Translations under genes and position numbers: made by a program
Notes under the pieces: model-generated
Database searches by the model: none
Told to the model about the DNA's origin: nothing
What the model saw: only the letters and a program-made list of their open reading frames with translations
Shown here: positions 42,373-51,761 of the stretch, one piece after another
How the letters are laid out: the number at the start of each line of letters is the position of its first letter
Position numbering within the stretch: the stretch's first letter is position 1
Source: an uncultured delta proteobacterium
GTDB lineage: Bacteria; Myxococcota; Kuafuiibacteriia; Kuafuiibacteriales; Kuafuiibacteriaceae
Length of the DNA: 64,000 nucleotides
Assembly (NCBI GenBank): GCA_963803435.1
Contig: CAWDML010000002.1
Span: 1-64,000, forward strand
Reading direction: 5' to 3'

Positions 42373-44066
42373 TGCAGTCTCCCGTACGCCGGCTGGGACA
42401 CGATCTCTTTGACCAGCGTCCGCAGGTTGTAGCCGTCCTCGACGAACTTGCTCTGGATGCCGGGCAGCACCGCGGCCTCCTCCTCGGCGGTCGGGTCACG
42501 CCGCATGAAGTACGTCCACATCTTCCGCGTGGTGCACGAGGCGAAGCGGCCGCTCGAGACCGACTCCTCGGCGAGGTGCCGCGGCCCCTGATCGATGTAG
42601 CTGCGCTGCTCCTCCGTGCGGAACACGTACGCGTTCAGCAGCCCCTGGTACGGGATCTCCTCGCCCACCGGATCCAGCTCGTAGAGCCGGAAGCAGCGGA
42701 AGAGCTGGGTCACGTCCGACAGCGGTGGCACGCAGCTCGATCCGATCCGCGTGGGGAACTCGTTCTCGTCGAGATACGCGAACCCGTACTCCGAGAAGCG
42801 GCCCCAGTGCGCCGCCATCGGCTCGAGCGCCTGGTGGCACGCGTTGCAGCCGCAGCGCTGCGTCAGGTCCTCGTGCTGCGAGCAGGCCTCGAAGGGCGAG
42901 GGCAGCGGTCCGTTGGGGATGAACGAGCTGCACTCGAACGCGTTGTAGTACCGGTGCGCCCGTCCGCGGTTCGTGGTGAAGCGGAGCAGGTAGCCGGGCG
43001 CGGTCAGCACGCCCGAGTGACGGCCGCTGCGCGCCGCCGGGGTCCACGACTTGTCCGTGAACGGGATGTTCGGCACGGGCATGGTGGCCGGATCGACCTG
43101 GTTGAAGAGATCGAAGCTCAGGCCCACCTGGTTCCTCAGGTAGTGAGAGACCGGTCCGTTGTACTCGATCATCGGATCCGTCAGCACCTCGTGGTAGGGC
43201 CGATCGCTCCCGACGGTCCGATCGACGATGCGACCCATCTGCTCGAGCAGCGCGTTCCGTACCTCCTGGCGCACCTCGTAGGTGGAGCAGTACTGGAGGT
43301 TCTCACCGCAGCCGCAGCCGGGCGCGAAGAGCGCGAGCGGTCCGTTGCAGGAGACCTCGGCCCCGCTGAAGGGCGCCTGCGCGTAGTCCGCGTAGGCCTG
43401 GATCTGCTGGCAGCTCGGGTCGAGGAACGGGTAGCGCTCGGCCGGGCCGGGACAGGCCACCGCCGAGGCGGCGGGCTGCGCGTCGAGGCCGCACACCTTG
43501 ATCTGCGTGCCGGGCGCCCAGTACGGCTCCACCAGCACGTAGCCCTCCTGGTACGCGATCACCTCGTTGCCCATCATGACGGGCTCGACGATCACGTTCC
43601 CCTGCGCGTCGAACTGGGCCGGCTCGTTCTTGCAGGGCAGGTAGAGGTCGGTCCCGTTGGGCGCCGCCCGCACCAGCACCGCGCGCAGATACGACAGGTA
43701 GATCACGTCCTCCGGCGCCGGCCCGACCGGGTACGGGTAGAGCATGTTCGTCTCGGGGATGATCTCGACCTGGTCGAGGTTCGGCCAGAGGAGCGAGTCG
43801 TGATAGCGCCGGATCACCTTCAGGAACTCGGGCGACTCGATGTACTGATCGATCTTCGACTCGGGCACCGCGGCGACGCCCTTCTGAGCCTCGATCTCGG
43901 CCGTGCTCGGCACGCGGTTTCTCAGGTCGAGGGAGAGGCGCCGGAGCAGCTGGTTGCCCTCCATCTTCGTCGTGGTCGAGCAGACCTCCTGAGCGGAGAC
44001 CCTCGCCGAGAAGAAGAGGGCGCCGATCGCGATCAGCGTCGTGGTGGTGTGTCTCTTCAAGTTCAT
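42369..44066 (-). CDS. Secreted DUF1549/DUF1585/DUF1588-like protein with c-type heme motif
   Basis: Signal peptide, LLRRLSLDLR, HSGVLT, CNACHQALEP, C-terminal YNLRTLVKEIV...Y. Confidence 0.8.
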   Translation of the reverse strand: MNLKRHTTTTLIAIGALFFSARVSAQEVCSTTTKMEGNQLLRRLSLDLRNRVPSTAEIEAQKGVAAVPESKIDQYIESPEFLKVIRRYHDSLLWPNLDQVEIIPETNMLYPYPVGPAPEDVIYLSYLRAVLVRAAPNGTDLYLPCKNEPAQFDAQGNVIVEPVMMGNEVIAYQEGYVLVEPYWAPGTQIKVCGLDAQPAASAVACPGPAERYPFLDPSCQQIQAYADYAQAPFSGAEVSCNGPLALFAPGCGCGENLQYCSTYEVRQEVRNALLEQMGRIVDRTVGSDRPYHEVLTDPMIEYNGPVSHYLRNQVGLSFDLFNQVDPATMPVPNIPFTDKSWTPAARSGRHSGVLTAPGYLLRFTTNRGRAHRYYNAFECSSFIPNGPLPSPFEACSQHEDLTQRCGCNACHQALEPMAAHWGRFSEYGFAYLDENEFPTRIGSSCVPPLSDVTQLFRCFRLYELDPVGEEIPYQGLLNAYVFRTEEQRSYIDQGPRHLAEESVSSGRFASCTTRKMWTYFMRRDPTAEEEAAVLPGIQSKFVEDGYNLRTLVKEIVSQPAYGRLQ

Positions 44067-44077
44067 CTCTCTTCCCC

Positions 44078-45343
44078 TCACTCGGGCATCCCGTCGCGGA
44101 TCCACTGCTCGAGCACGGCATAGTCTTCGGGCGGGAGCCTCTGCTCGCTGGGACAGCGGAGGCCGCCCTCGCAGCGCGGCATGTCGCCGGCGCGCACGCG
44201 GGCGAGCGCCGCCTCGGCGACCTCCACGAACACGTCGTAGTCCTCGAAGTTCTGGGTCTGGTTCCGGTGGCACATGGAGCACCGCTCCTGGATCCAGGGG
44301 AGGACGTCCGCGGAGTAGGTCACGCCCTCCCCGCCGAGCGAGGTGGTGTTGCGCGACAGCGCCTCGCCCGCGGCGACCCAGACGTCCCCGAAGGCGTCGA
44401 TGGTCAGGAGCGACATCTCACCGGCCGCCGCCATCGGGAATGCGGTGAGCGCCGCGCCCTCGAGCATGACCAGCGCGTCGTCGGTGCGGGCCCACAGCAC
44501 GTCCTTCGGACCGTCGATCGCGAGCGCGCGCACGCTCACGGGTGCGCCGCCGGTCACCAGCGTGTACTGGGTCCAGCGAGGCGTGGCCGCCGGGTTGAAC
44601 GCGAAGATCCCGTTCTCCGCGCCGAGGTAGATCGTGTCACTGCCGGCCGCGATCGCGCGGATCGCGCCGGTCGTCAGCGGCGGTCGATCGACGAGGATCT
44701 GGTCTTGATCCGGCTCGAGCGTCGCGATCGAGCCGTCGATCACCGCCACCCCGAACGCGCCGGACTGTGCGATCGCGACGTGCGTGACCGGACCCCTGAG
44801 CCCGTCGATCCCGTACTGCAGGACCTGGTCGGCGCTGCGACGATAGAGCCCGCCGTCGCTGGCGAGCCAGAGACCGGCCAGCTCGCCCGTCGCCACCTCG
44901 ACGGCGTCGTTGATCGCGCCGGCGTCCGGGAGCAGCGGGACCTTGTAGGTGTAGAGCGTGTCGAGGCCGAAGAGGCCGGCCTCCGCGCCGATCCAGGCGC
45001 CGCCGCCGGCGCGCGGCGCGATCCGGTGGACCGCGCCCATCGCCTCCGGATCGCCGGCGCCGACGTAGAGTGTCCGCGGCACGAACACTCCGCCGGCGAG
45101 CTCGTGGAGCTGGCCTGCGAAGACGGCGAGCAGGTGCCCTTCGCCCGACACTCCGATCGCCTCGACCGCGCCCTCGGCGGTGAGCGACTCGGAGGCCGCA
45201 AAGGTCCCGCTGCCGCCGGCGTCATTGACGACGACGAGCTCGGCCTGAGGGCCGCCGGGTGGTGGAGTTTCGCCACCGCCGCACCCGATTCCGAGCACGA
45301 GCGCGAGCGAGGCCATCGAGAGACTGGAAAGGACTGGATTCAT
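44078..45343 (-). CDS. Lipoprotein: beta-propeller-like repeats plus C-terminal cytochrome c domain
   Basis: Lipobox LGIGC, repeated WIGAEAGLF / WLASDGGLY units, then CSMCH...MP...WIRDG. Confidence 0.8.
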   Translation of the reverse strand: MNPVLSSLSMASLALVLGIGCGGGETPPPGGPQAELVVVNDAGGSGTFAASESLTAEGAVEAIGVSGEGHLLAVFAGQLHELAGGVFVPRTLYVGAGDPEAMGAVHRIAPRAGGGAWIGAEAGLFGLDTLYTYKVPLLPDAGAINDAVEVATGELAGLWLASDGGLYRRSADQVLQYGIDGLRGPVTHVAIAQSGAFGVAVIDGSIATLEPDQDQILVDRPPLTTGAIRAIAAGSDTIYLGAENGIFAFNPAATPRWTQYTLVTGGAPVSVRALAIDGPKDVLWARTDDALVMLEGAALTAFPMAAAGEMSLLTIDAFGDVWVAAGEALSRNTTSLGGEGVTYSADVLPWIQERCSMCHRNQTQNFEDYDVFVEVAEAALARVRAGDMPRCEGGLRCPSEQRLPPEDYAVLEQWIRDGMPE

Positions 45344-45451
45344 GCACCCCTCCGCATGCCCGGACATCGACCGAGCTGGGCCCGGCCGGCGGCAAAGAAA
45401 TCTTCCGACAGGGGGGAGGTGTGAGGGTAAGGCAGGGTGTGCGCCCGCCGG

Positions 45452-47366
45452 TCAGCGCCGCCGTGCTGCGATCAGGAGGCCCAAAGCCACCAGGAAGAGC
45501 GCCCCACCGGCAGGGCCGCCCGTGGCGGTGCAGCCGGAGCGCCTCGAGGACGACGGATCGGGATCGTCGTACAGCTGCCCGCCGTCCTCGCCGTTCATCG
45601 GATCCATTCCGGGATCGACGGTCTTCTCCGCGCACTCCACCCGGGCGGTGACCGGAGCATCGAAGGTCGTCCCGAACCGGTCCGTGAAGGTGAGGGTCAG
45701 CGGCGCGTCGAAGGGCGTGCAGTCTGCGGGCGCCTTCACGCGCAGGGCGTCCGTGAGCTCCAGGGACTCTCCGCTCGGGAGCGTTCCGATGGCCGCCTCG
45801 CCGCTCACCACCTCGAGGCCGCCGGCGTCGGCGATCCGGACACCGAGCCCGTAGCCGGCGCCGCGTCCCATGTTCATCAGCGACAGTGTGAGGCCGGCCT
45901 CCTCGCCGGGGTCGAGCCTCCCGTCGCCGCTCGTCTCGATCAGCGTGGCGCCGGCGACCAGCTCGACCGGCGCCAGCTGGGACGCCCGCGCCAGCGCGCC
46001 GTACAGGTCGATGCGCCCGCCGGTGCGAACGCAGCGGGCGGTCACGGCGCAGTCCATGGAGGCGATCGGCTCGACGCCTTCGTCGAGGGCTCGGGTCACC
46101 TCGAGGTTGCTGAGCGCGGGGAACGCGGACCAGACGAGCGCGGCGGCGCCGGCGGCGAACCCAGCGGAGAAGCTGGCGCCGGTGCCGATGGCATACTCGT
46201 TAGGGCCGTAGATCGCGGTGGAGACGACGTCGGTGCCCGGGGCCGCCATGTCGACTGTGCTGGCGCCCCAGTTCGCGCTCACGTGAAGCGTGTCCTGGTT
46301 CGTACTGTTGGCGACCACCACCGCGGCGTCGACCGCATACTGGTTCGGGTAGCGGTGCTCGGCGTCGTCGTTGGCGCCGCCGTTGCCGCCGGAGCTCACC
46401 ATCAACAGGCCGGCACGGTCGGCCTCCTGGAGTGCCGCCTCGAAGTTGCCGCTGTAGCTGCTGCTGCTGAACGACATGCTGATCACGTTGGCGCCGTTGT
46501 CGATGGCGTACATGATCGATTCGACGCTTCGCGTGGTGGTGGACTGGCACGTCGAATCGCGGTGCTTCTTGACGTTCATCAGCGAGACCTTCCAGCTCAC
46601 GCCGGCGACTCCGGTACCGTTGTCGCCGCGGGCCCCGGCCAGCCCCGCGATCATGGTCGCGTGCCACTTGAGGCAGTCGCTGCCGTCGTCCTTGAGCTCG
46701 GGCAGCGTGAGCGGGCTCGGATCGTTGTCGTCGTCCGCGAAGTCGAAGCCCCGGCAGTCGTCCACGTAGCCGTTGCCATCGTCGTCGATGCCGTTGGTGC
46801 AGTCCTCGTCCTCGTTCTTCCAGAATCTGGTCGACGAGATCGACGTGCTCCGGGAAGAGGCCGACGTCGGAGATCATGATCACCAGGCTCTGGTCGCCGG
46901 TCGTGACGTCCCAGGCGTCGACCGATCCCATGTCGGCCCCCGGCACGCCGTCGACACCGTTGATCCGCTGGCCGTTGTTCTGGTGGTACCACTGCAGGGG
47001 ATCGAGATCGTTCGGCACCGCCTCCTCGTCCTCGATCCAGCTGGCGTCCACCCAGCGGATCGCGTCGATCTTCTCGAAGTCCGCGATCAGCCGTTCCATC
47101 GCCTTCGACTTGCCGCACTCGAGCACGTACACCGGGCGCCGTCCGAAGCGGCGCGTCTGCCGACATCCGAGGGCTGCGGCCTCGCCGAGGACGATCGACT
47201 CGTGGTCGAGGGAGCGCGCCCGCACCAGGACCTCGCCGGGGAGGTAGCGCCCGCCGTGGGCGATGTTGTCCCGGAAGGTCTCGAGGGGGGTCCGATCGCG
47301 CATGAGATCGGGGGTGGCGACCAGGGCGAGCGCAATCAGGACGGCGGGGGGCATGGGCGCTCCCAT
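45452..47366 (-). CDS. S8 subtilisin-like peptidase with MYXO-CTERM-type tail (frameshift near 46825)
   Basis: Signal peptide, ISDVG, DDDGNGYVDDC.G, HATMIAG, SGGN, AAPG, GASFSA; tail SGCTATG...LLIAARRR. Confidence 0.9.
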
Positions 47367-47405
47367 ACCCAAAGCCACCGGCGATCCAAAGCCAAAAGGA
47401 ATGGA

Positions 47406-47434
47406 TTGACCCGATATATCGAAAGATATATCTA
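47406..47434 (+). promoter_or_regulatory. Putative promoter and PadR operator
   Basis: TTGACC at 47406. Palindromic GATATATC at 47413-47420 and 47425-47432, just before the padR start. Confidence 0.7.
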
Positions 47435-47444
47435 GCCGACATCG

Positions 47445-47978
47445 ATGCACCGGCTGAAGCGACGCCTCCGGCAGCTCGCCGACGGGCCCATCTCGGGGTC
47501 CCGCTTCTTCGGCTCCGGTGAGCTGAGGCTCGCGATCCTCTCTCTGCTGGCCGATGCGCCCGGCCACGGCTACCAGCTGATGACGCGCCTGGAGGATCGG
47601 TGCGGCGGCGCCTATCGGGCGAGCGCCGGGACGATCTATCCGTCCCTCCAGCAGCTCGAGGATCAGGATCTGGTGCGCTCCGAGCCGCTCGCCCTGAAGA
47701 AGGTCTATCAGATCACGAAGAAGGGGAGTGACGAGCTCCTGGCCAACGCCGACACGGTCGATGAGATCTGGCGCCGCGCCGACGAGTGGAGCGAGTGGGG
47801 TGTGCTCCGCGATCCCGACGCCGCCGAGGTCGTGGGGCCGGCGATGCGGCTGGCCAAGGCCGCACTCAAGGCGGTGATCAAGTCGCGGGGCGATCCACAG
47901 GTGGTCGAGTCGATCCGAGAGATCCTGGAAGATGCGCGCACGCGCATCGAGCGGGCCGCGAGGAAGGGCAAGAGATGA
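47445..47978 (+). CDS. PadR-family transcriptional regulator
   Basis: LRLAILSLL...HGYQLM...SAGTIYPSLQQLED...KKVYQIT. Confidence 0.95.
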   Translation: MHRLKRRLRQLADGPISGSRFFGSGELRLAILSLLADAPGHGYQLMTRLEDRCGGAYRASAGTIYPSLQQLEDQDLVRSEPLALKKVYQITKKGSDELLANADTVDEIWRRADEWSEWGVLRDPDAAEVVGPAMRLAKAALKAVIKSRGDPQVVESIREILEDARTRIERAARKGKR

Positions 47979-48259
47979 ACGACTGCAAGGAGGCGGGACG
48001 CTTGCGGCCCGTGATCGATCCGAATCGGTGCGAAGGCAAGGCGGCTTGCGTTCGAGTCTGTCCCTACGGTGTGTTCGAGCTGGGGAAGCTCGGAGAGGCC
48101 GAGCGCAAGCAGCTCACGCTCGCCGGACGGATCAAGGGCTTCTTCCACGGGTACGAGCAGGCCTTCGCGGTGAAGGCCGACGAATGCCACGGATGCGGGC
48201 TGTGCGTGCCCGCGTGTCCGGAGAAGGCGATCACGCTGGTGGGAGGAGACGGCCGGTAG
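47975..48259 (+). CDS. 4Fe-4S dicluster ferredoxin
   Basis: CEGKAACVRVCP and CHGCGLCVPACP. ATGA overlap with padR. Confidence 0.92.
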   Translation: MNDCKEAGRLRPVIDPNRCEGKAACVRVCPYGVFELGKLGEAERKQLTLAGRIKGFFHGYEQAFAVKADECHGCGLCVPACPEKAITLVGGDGR

Positions 48260-48261
48260 CA

Positions 48262-48621
48262 CTACAGCTGGAGCGCGCCGTAGATCGCGACGAAGACCAG
48301 CCCGATCGCGGAGAAGATGGCGGCCATCCGGGCGTTCTTCATGGTCAGGCAGAGCGCGGTGCTGATCAGCGTGAGCGCGCCCCAGACCAGCACCAGCACC
48401 GCCCAGGAGCGCGGCCGCACCTCGGCGAGGAGGTAGCCGAGCCCGAGCAGCCAGACCGTGGCGACGAGCCCGAGCGTGATCGGATCGGTGGTGAGGGGCG
48501 CCGCCGGGCCCTTTGGTTCGGGCGGCGTCTCGACGGCGATGAGCGACTCTCGCCGGCAGAGGTTGCAGTACTGGGCGTCCGACTCGTACTCGGTCCCGCA
48601 GAGCTCGCAGACCTTGATCAA
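48262..48621 (-). CDS. Small Zn-ribbon membrane protein
   Basis: CELC...YCNLC followed by three hydrophobic helices. Confidence 0.7.
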   Translation of the reverse strand: MIKVCELCGTEYESDAQYCNLCRRESLIAVETPPEPKGPAAPLTTDPITLGLVATVWLLGLGYLLAEVRPRSWAVLVLVWGALTLISTALCLTMKNARMAAIFSAIGLVFVAIYGALQL

Positions 48622-48625
48622 GCGA

Positions 48626-49495
48626 TCAACGATAGCATGGTACGCGCGACGGTAGGTCCGAGTCCCCGAGCTCCTCCGCGAGCGCCGCCACGGCTGCGCG
48701 GTCGGCGCCCTTGTACTCGAGGTCGGCCGTTTGCTCTTGGAGCGGGACGTCGAGGCGCAGCGTCGCGAGCGTGCGGAACAGCGGGGTGAGCGCGCGATGC
48801 TCCCTGAGCGACGCGGCCAGCGACGGTGCGCCCCGGATCGCGACGGACCACTCGCGTTCGTCGTCCGGGATCCGATCCACCCGGCCGTACACCGAGAGCA
48901 GCGCCGACGCGCTCTTCTTCCCCCACTTCGGTACGCCGGGAATGCCGTCGGCGTCATCTCCGACCAGGGCCAGCCAGTCGGGGATCGACGCCGGCGACAC
49001 GCCGAACTTCTCCTCGACGCCGCGCTCGTCGTGGACCTTCTTGCGCAGCCAATCGACCAGCACCACCCGATCGCCCGTGACGCACTGGGCGAGGTCCTTG
49101 TCCGGCGAGCAGATGCAGACCTGCTCGACGTCCCGATCGGCGGCGGCGCGGGCCGCAAAGGTGGCGAGCGCGTCGTCAGCCTCGAACTCGACCATTGACC
49201 AGACGACGAACCCGAGCGTGGCGGTGACCTTCTCGGCGAGCTCGAACTGATCCCAGAGGGCGGGCTCGATGCCGGCGCCGGTCTTGTAGCCGTCCCACAG
49301 GTCGTTCCGGAAGGACTCGATCACGTGATCGTAGGCGACGCCCACGTGCGTGGCGCCGTCGGCGAGCAACCGGAGGAGCGAGCGGGCGAGCGTCCGGGCG
49401 GCGCCCACCTCACGACCGCTCGGGCTCTTCATGCTGGGCGCGCCGTAATAGGCGCGGAACAGCTCGAAGGTCCCGTCGACCAGATGGACCTTCAC
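48626..49495 (-). CDS. 5'-3' exonuclease / flap endonuclease (PolA N-terminal-like)
   Basis: HLVDG, FRN...YK, EADD, SPDKDL, LVGDDADGIPGV. Confidence 0.93.
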   Translation of the reverse strand: MKVHLVDGTFELFRAYYGAPSMKSPSGREVGAARTLARSLLRLLADGATHVGVAYDHVIESFRNDLWDGYKTGAGIEPALWDQFELAEKVTATLGFVVWSMVEFEADDALATFAARAAADRDVEQVCICSPDKDLAQCVTGDRVVLVDWLRKKVHDERGVEEKFGVSPASIPDWLALVGDDADGIPGVPKWGKKSASALLSVYGRVDRIPDDEREWSVAIRGAPSLAASLREHRALTPLFRTLATLRLDVPLQEQTADLEYKGADRAAVAALAEELGDSDLPSRVPCYR

Positions 49496-50236
49496 TGGAG
49501 CCACTCTGCAATCTGGCTTGCGACCCAGGAAGGATCGTCCGTCGGCAGGTCGTGTCCGGCGCTCGGATGAACGCGGAGCTCGGCCGCGAAGCGCTCGGCC
49601 AGCCGCCGCGAGCAGCTCGGGTCCGTGAAGCGGTCGCCCTCGGACCCCAGGATCAAGGCCGGGACGGGGAGGACCGGCGGCGCCCGGAAGCGCACGGCCG
49701 CGAGCAGCTGCGCCACCGTGACCCGGCGGCGCGGCCGAGCGTCCGCGAGATAACCGGCCCACTCGCAGGCCAGCGCACGATCCTCGCCGTGCGTCGCGGT
49801 GGTGAGCGCGAGGATGCCGAGCTCGCGCTCGACCGGATCGCGCGAGGTGACGCTCCTCAGCAGCCGCGGGAGGTTCCCAAGCCGGAGTCGATGGTGCACC
49901 GGAGAGAGATCGCCGGCGCTCGAGTTGATGATGACGACGCGCGAGAAGTCGCTGGGGAAGCGGTGGACCCAGTCGGTCGCCAGCATGCCGCCGAGCGAGA
50001 ATCCCGAGCAGCCCCCAGGGCCCCCCGCTGCGCGGCCAGCGGGCGCGCACGTGATCGACAATCGTCTCCACCGTGAGCGGGGACAGCTGACCCGCCTCGG
50101 TGCCGACGCCAGGGAGATCGACGGCGACCGCGCGTGCGCCGGGGAGCGCGCCCTCGAGGATCTCGGGGAACCGTCCCCAGTGGCGTCGTTCGCGGGTGAG
50201 GCCGCGGAGCAGGAGCCAGCGCACGACCGTCCGCAT
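49492..50236 (-). CDS. Alpha/beta hydrolase (frameshift near 50000)
   Basis: LLRGLTRE..HW, DLPG, GxSLGGM nucleophile elbow, GHDLP. Confidence 0.85.
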
Positions 50237-50268
50237 ACCACCGATGGTCCGGCGGTTGACCGATGTTG

Positions 50269-50292
50269 AATTAATCGATCGATTGATTAATT
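50269..50292. promoter_or_regulatory. Probable TetR operator
   Basis: AATTAATCGATCGATTGATTAATT, a 24-bp palindrome with one mismatched pair, between divergent genes. Confidence 0.75.
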
Positions 50293-50304
50293 ATAGGCGG
50301 CGCG

Positions 50305-50925
50305 ATGGCGAGACCGGCCCATGCGGATGCAGCGGCGACCCAGACCCGGATCCTCGAGGGGGCGATGCGGATGTTCGGCGAGGAGGGGACGGGCAACGTC
50401 TCGATCCGGCGCATCGCGGCCTCGGCCGGGGTCAGCCTGGCGACCGTCCACCACTACTTCGGCAGCAAGGAGCAGCTCTACGACGCCTGCATCCGCTCGA
50501 TGTACGTGGAGCTCGAGGACCTGCGCGGCGACCTCACGCAGGCGCTGGCGAGCTCGCCCGGTCCCGCCGCGCTGGTGAGCGAGACGGTCCGCGCCGCGTT
50601 CCGCTTCGCCTGGGAGCACCGGGGCGCGCTCCGATTGCTGATGCGGACGATCATCGACGCCGGCCACCTGGATCCCGAGCACCGCGCCGCGGTGCACCTC
50701 CCGTTCCTCGCGGAGGCGGCGAAGCTGCTTGGGCGTGCCTTCCATCGACCGCGCGCCGAGGTCCGGCTCACCGTTCAGTCGATGATGCACCTGGTCGTGC
50801 GCTACGCGCTCACCGGTGCGGACGAGCTGGCGCTCTTGGCCGCCACCGAAGACGAGCCTGCGGCGCTGGTGGCGATCGAGGATCACCTCGTTCGCGTGGC
50901 GCTGCGCTTGCTCGAGGGAGAATGA
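50305..50925 (+). CDS. TetR/AcrR-family regulator
   Basis: ILEGA...SIRRIAASAGVSLATVHHYFGSKEQLY. Confidence 0.95.
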   Translation: MARPAHADAAATQTRILEGAMRMFGEEGTGNVSIRRIAASAGVSLATVHHYFGSKEQLYDACIRSMYVELEDLRGDLTQALASSPGPAALVSETVRAAFRFAWEHRGALRLLMRTIIDAGHLDPEHRAAVHLPFLAEAAKLLGRAFHRPRAEVRLTVQSMMHLVVRYALTGADELALLAATEDEPAALVAIEDHLVRVALRLLEGE

Positions 50926-50929
50926 CACG

Positions 50930-51751
50930 ATGGACCTCAGCACCAAGTTCCGGCTCGGGCCCGAGATCACCCGGGACCAGCAGGCGTTCCTCCGCGCGTA
51001 CGGCTTCCTTCACTTTCGTGGCGTCGCCAGCTCGGAGGAGGTAGCGATGCTCCGCGACGAGCGCGATCGACTGGAGCGGAAGTGGCTCGACGACGGCGCC
51101 ACCAGCATCAACGGCATCCCGCTGTTCTTCGGCAGAGGCGCCGACGGCGAGCGGATCCTCCAGCGGATCCCGTTCACGTCCCGCTACTCGGAGAAGATCA
51201 GTCGCTTCGTCCGCGACCCTCGATTCGAGCCGGTGCGCCGCCTGATCGGAGAGGACGCGCGCGTCGGCGAGATGGAGAAGGACGGGGTCGTCATCAATCG
51301 ATACGTCAACCTCCCGGGCAACTTCTATCGGGGGCTCGGGTGGCACACCGACGGCCTCCGCGATCTCTTCTACCTCCGGATGCCCCAGCAGATGCTCAAC
51401 GTCGGTATCCATTTGGATCGCATCACCGAGGCCGAGGGCGGCCTTCGGCTCATCCCGGGGAGCCACACGCAGGGCTTCTGGTCCATGTGCTTCCGCAAGG
51501 CCTACTTCGTCAGCCATCGGGAGGACCCATCGGAGGTCACGGTCGAGACCGAGCCCGGCGACCTCACCGTGCACGACGGGCGTCTTTGGCACCGGGTAGC
51601 CCGCTCCAGCGCGGTGGGCCCTGAGAGCGTGCGACGGACGATGTTCGTGCCGTACCTCACGGGCCCTTACGAACCCAAGCACGCCGAGAGCCGCACGCCC
51701 GCCTACCATCACCTCGGGCGGATGGTGCGGCAACTGGTCCAGCGGCGGTGA
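50930..51751 (+). CDS. Phytanoyl-CoA dioxygenase (PhyH)-family Fe/2OG enzyme
   Basis: WHTD, GGLRLIPGSH, PGDL..HDGRLWH, RR. Confidence 0.9.
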   Translation: MDLSTKFRLGPEITRDQQAFLRAYGFLHFRGVASSEEVAMLRDERDRLERKWLDDGATSINGIPLFFGRGADGERILQRIPFTSRYSEKISRFVRDPRFEPVRRLIGEDARVGEMEKDGVVINRYVNLPGNFYRGLGWHTDGLRDLFYLRMPQQMLNVGIHLDRITEAEGGLRLIPGSHTQGFWSMCFRKAYFVSHREDPSEVTVETEPGDLTVHDGRLWHRVARSSAVGPESVRRTMFVPYLTGPYEPKHAESRTPAYHHLGRMVRQLVQRR

Positions 51752-51761
51752 TCCCAGTCCG

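Noticed and set aside
48626-50236. Hydrolase-exonuclease fusion (536 aa)
   Set aside because: An indel near 50000 in the hydrolase creates it. The exonuclease has its own GTG overlapping the hydrolase stop.
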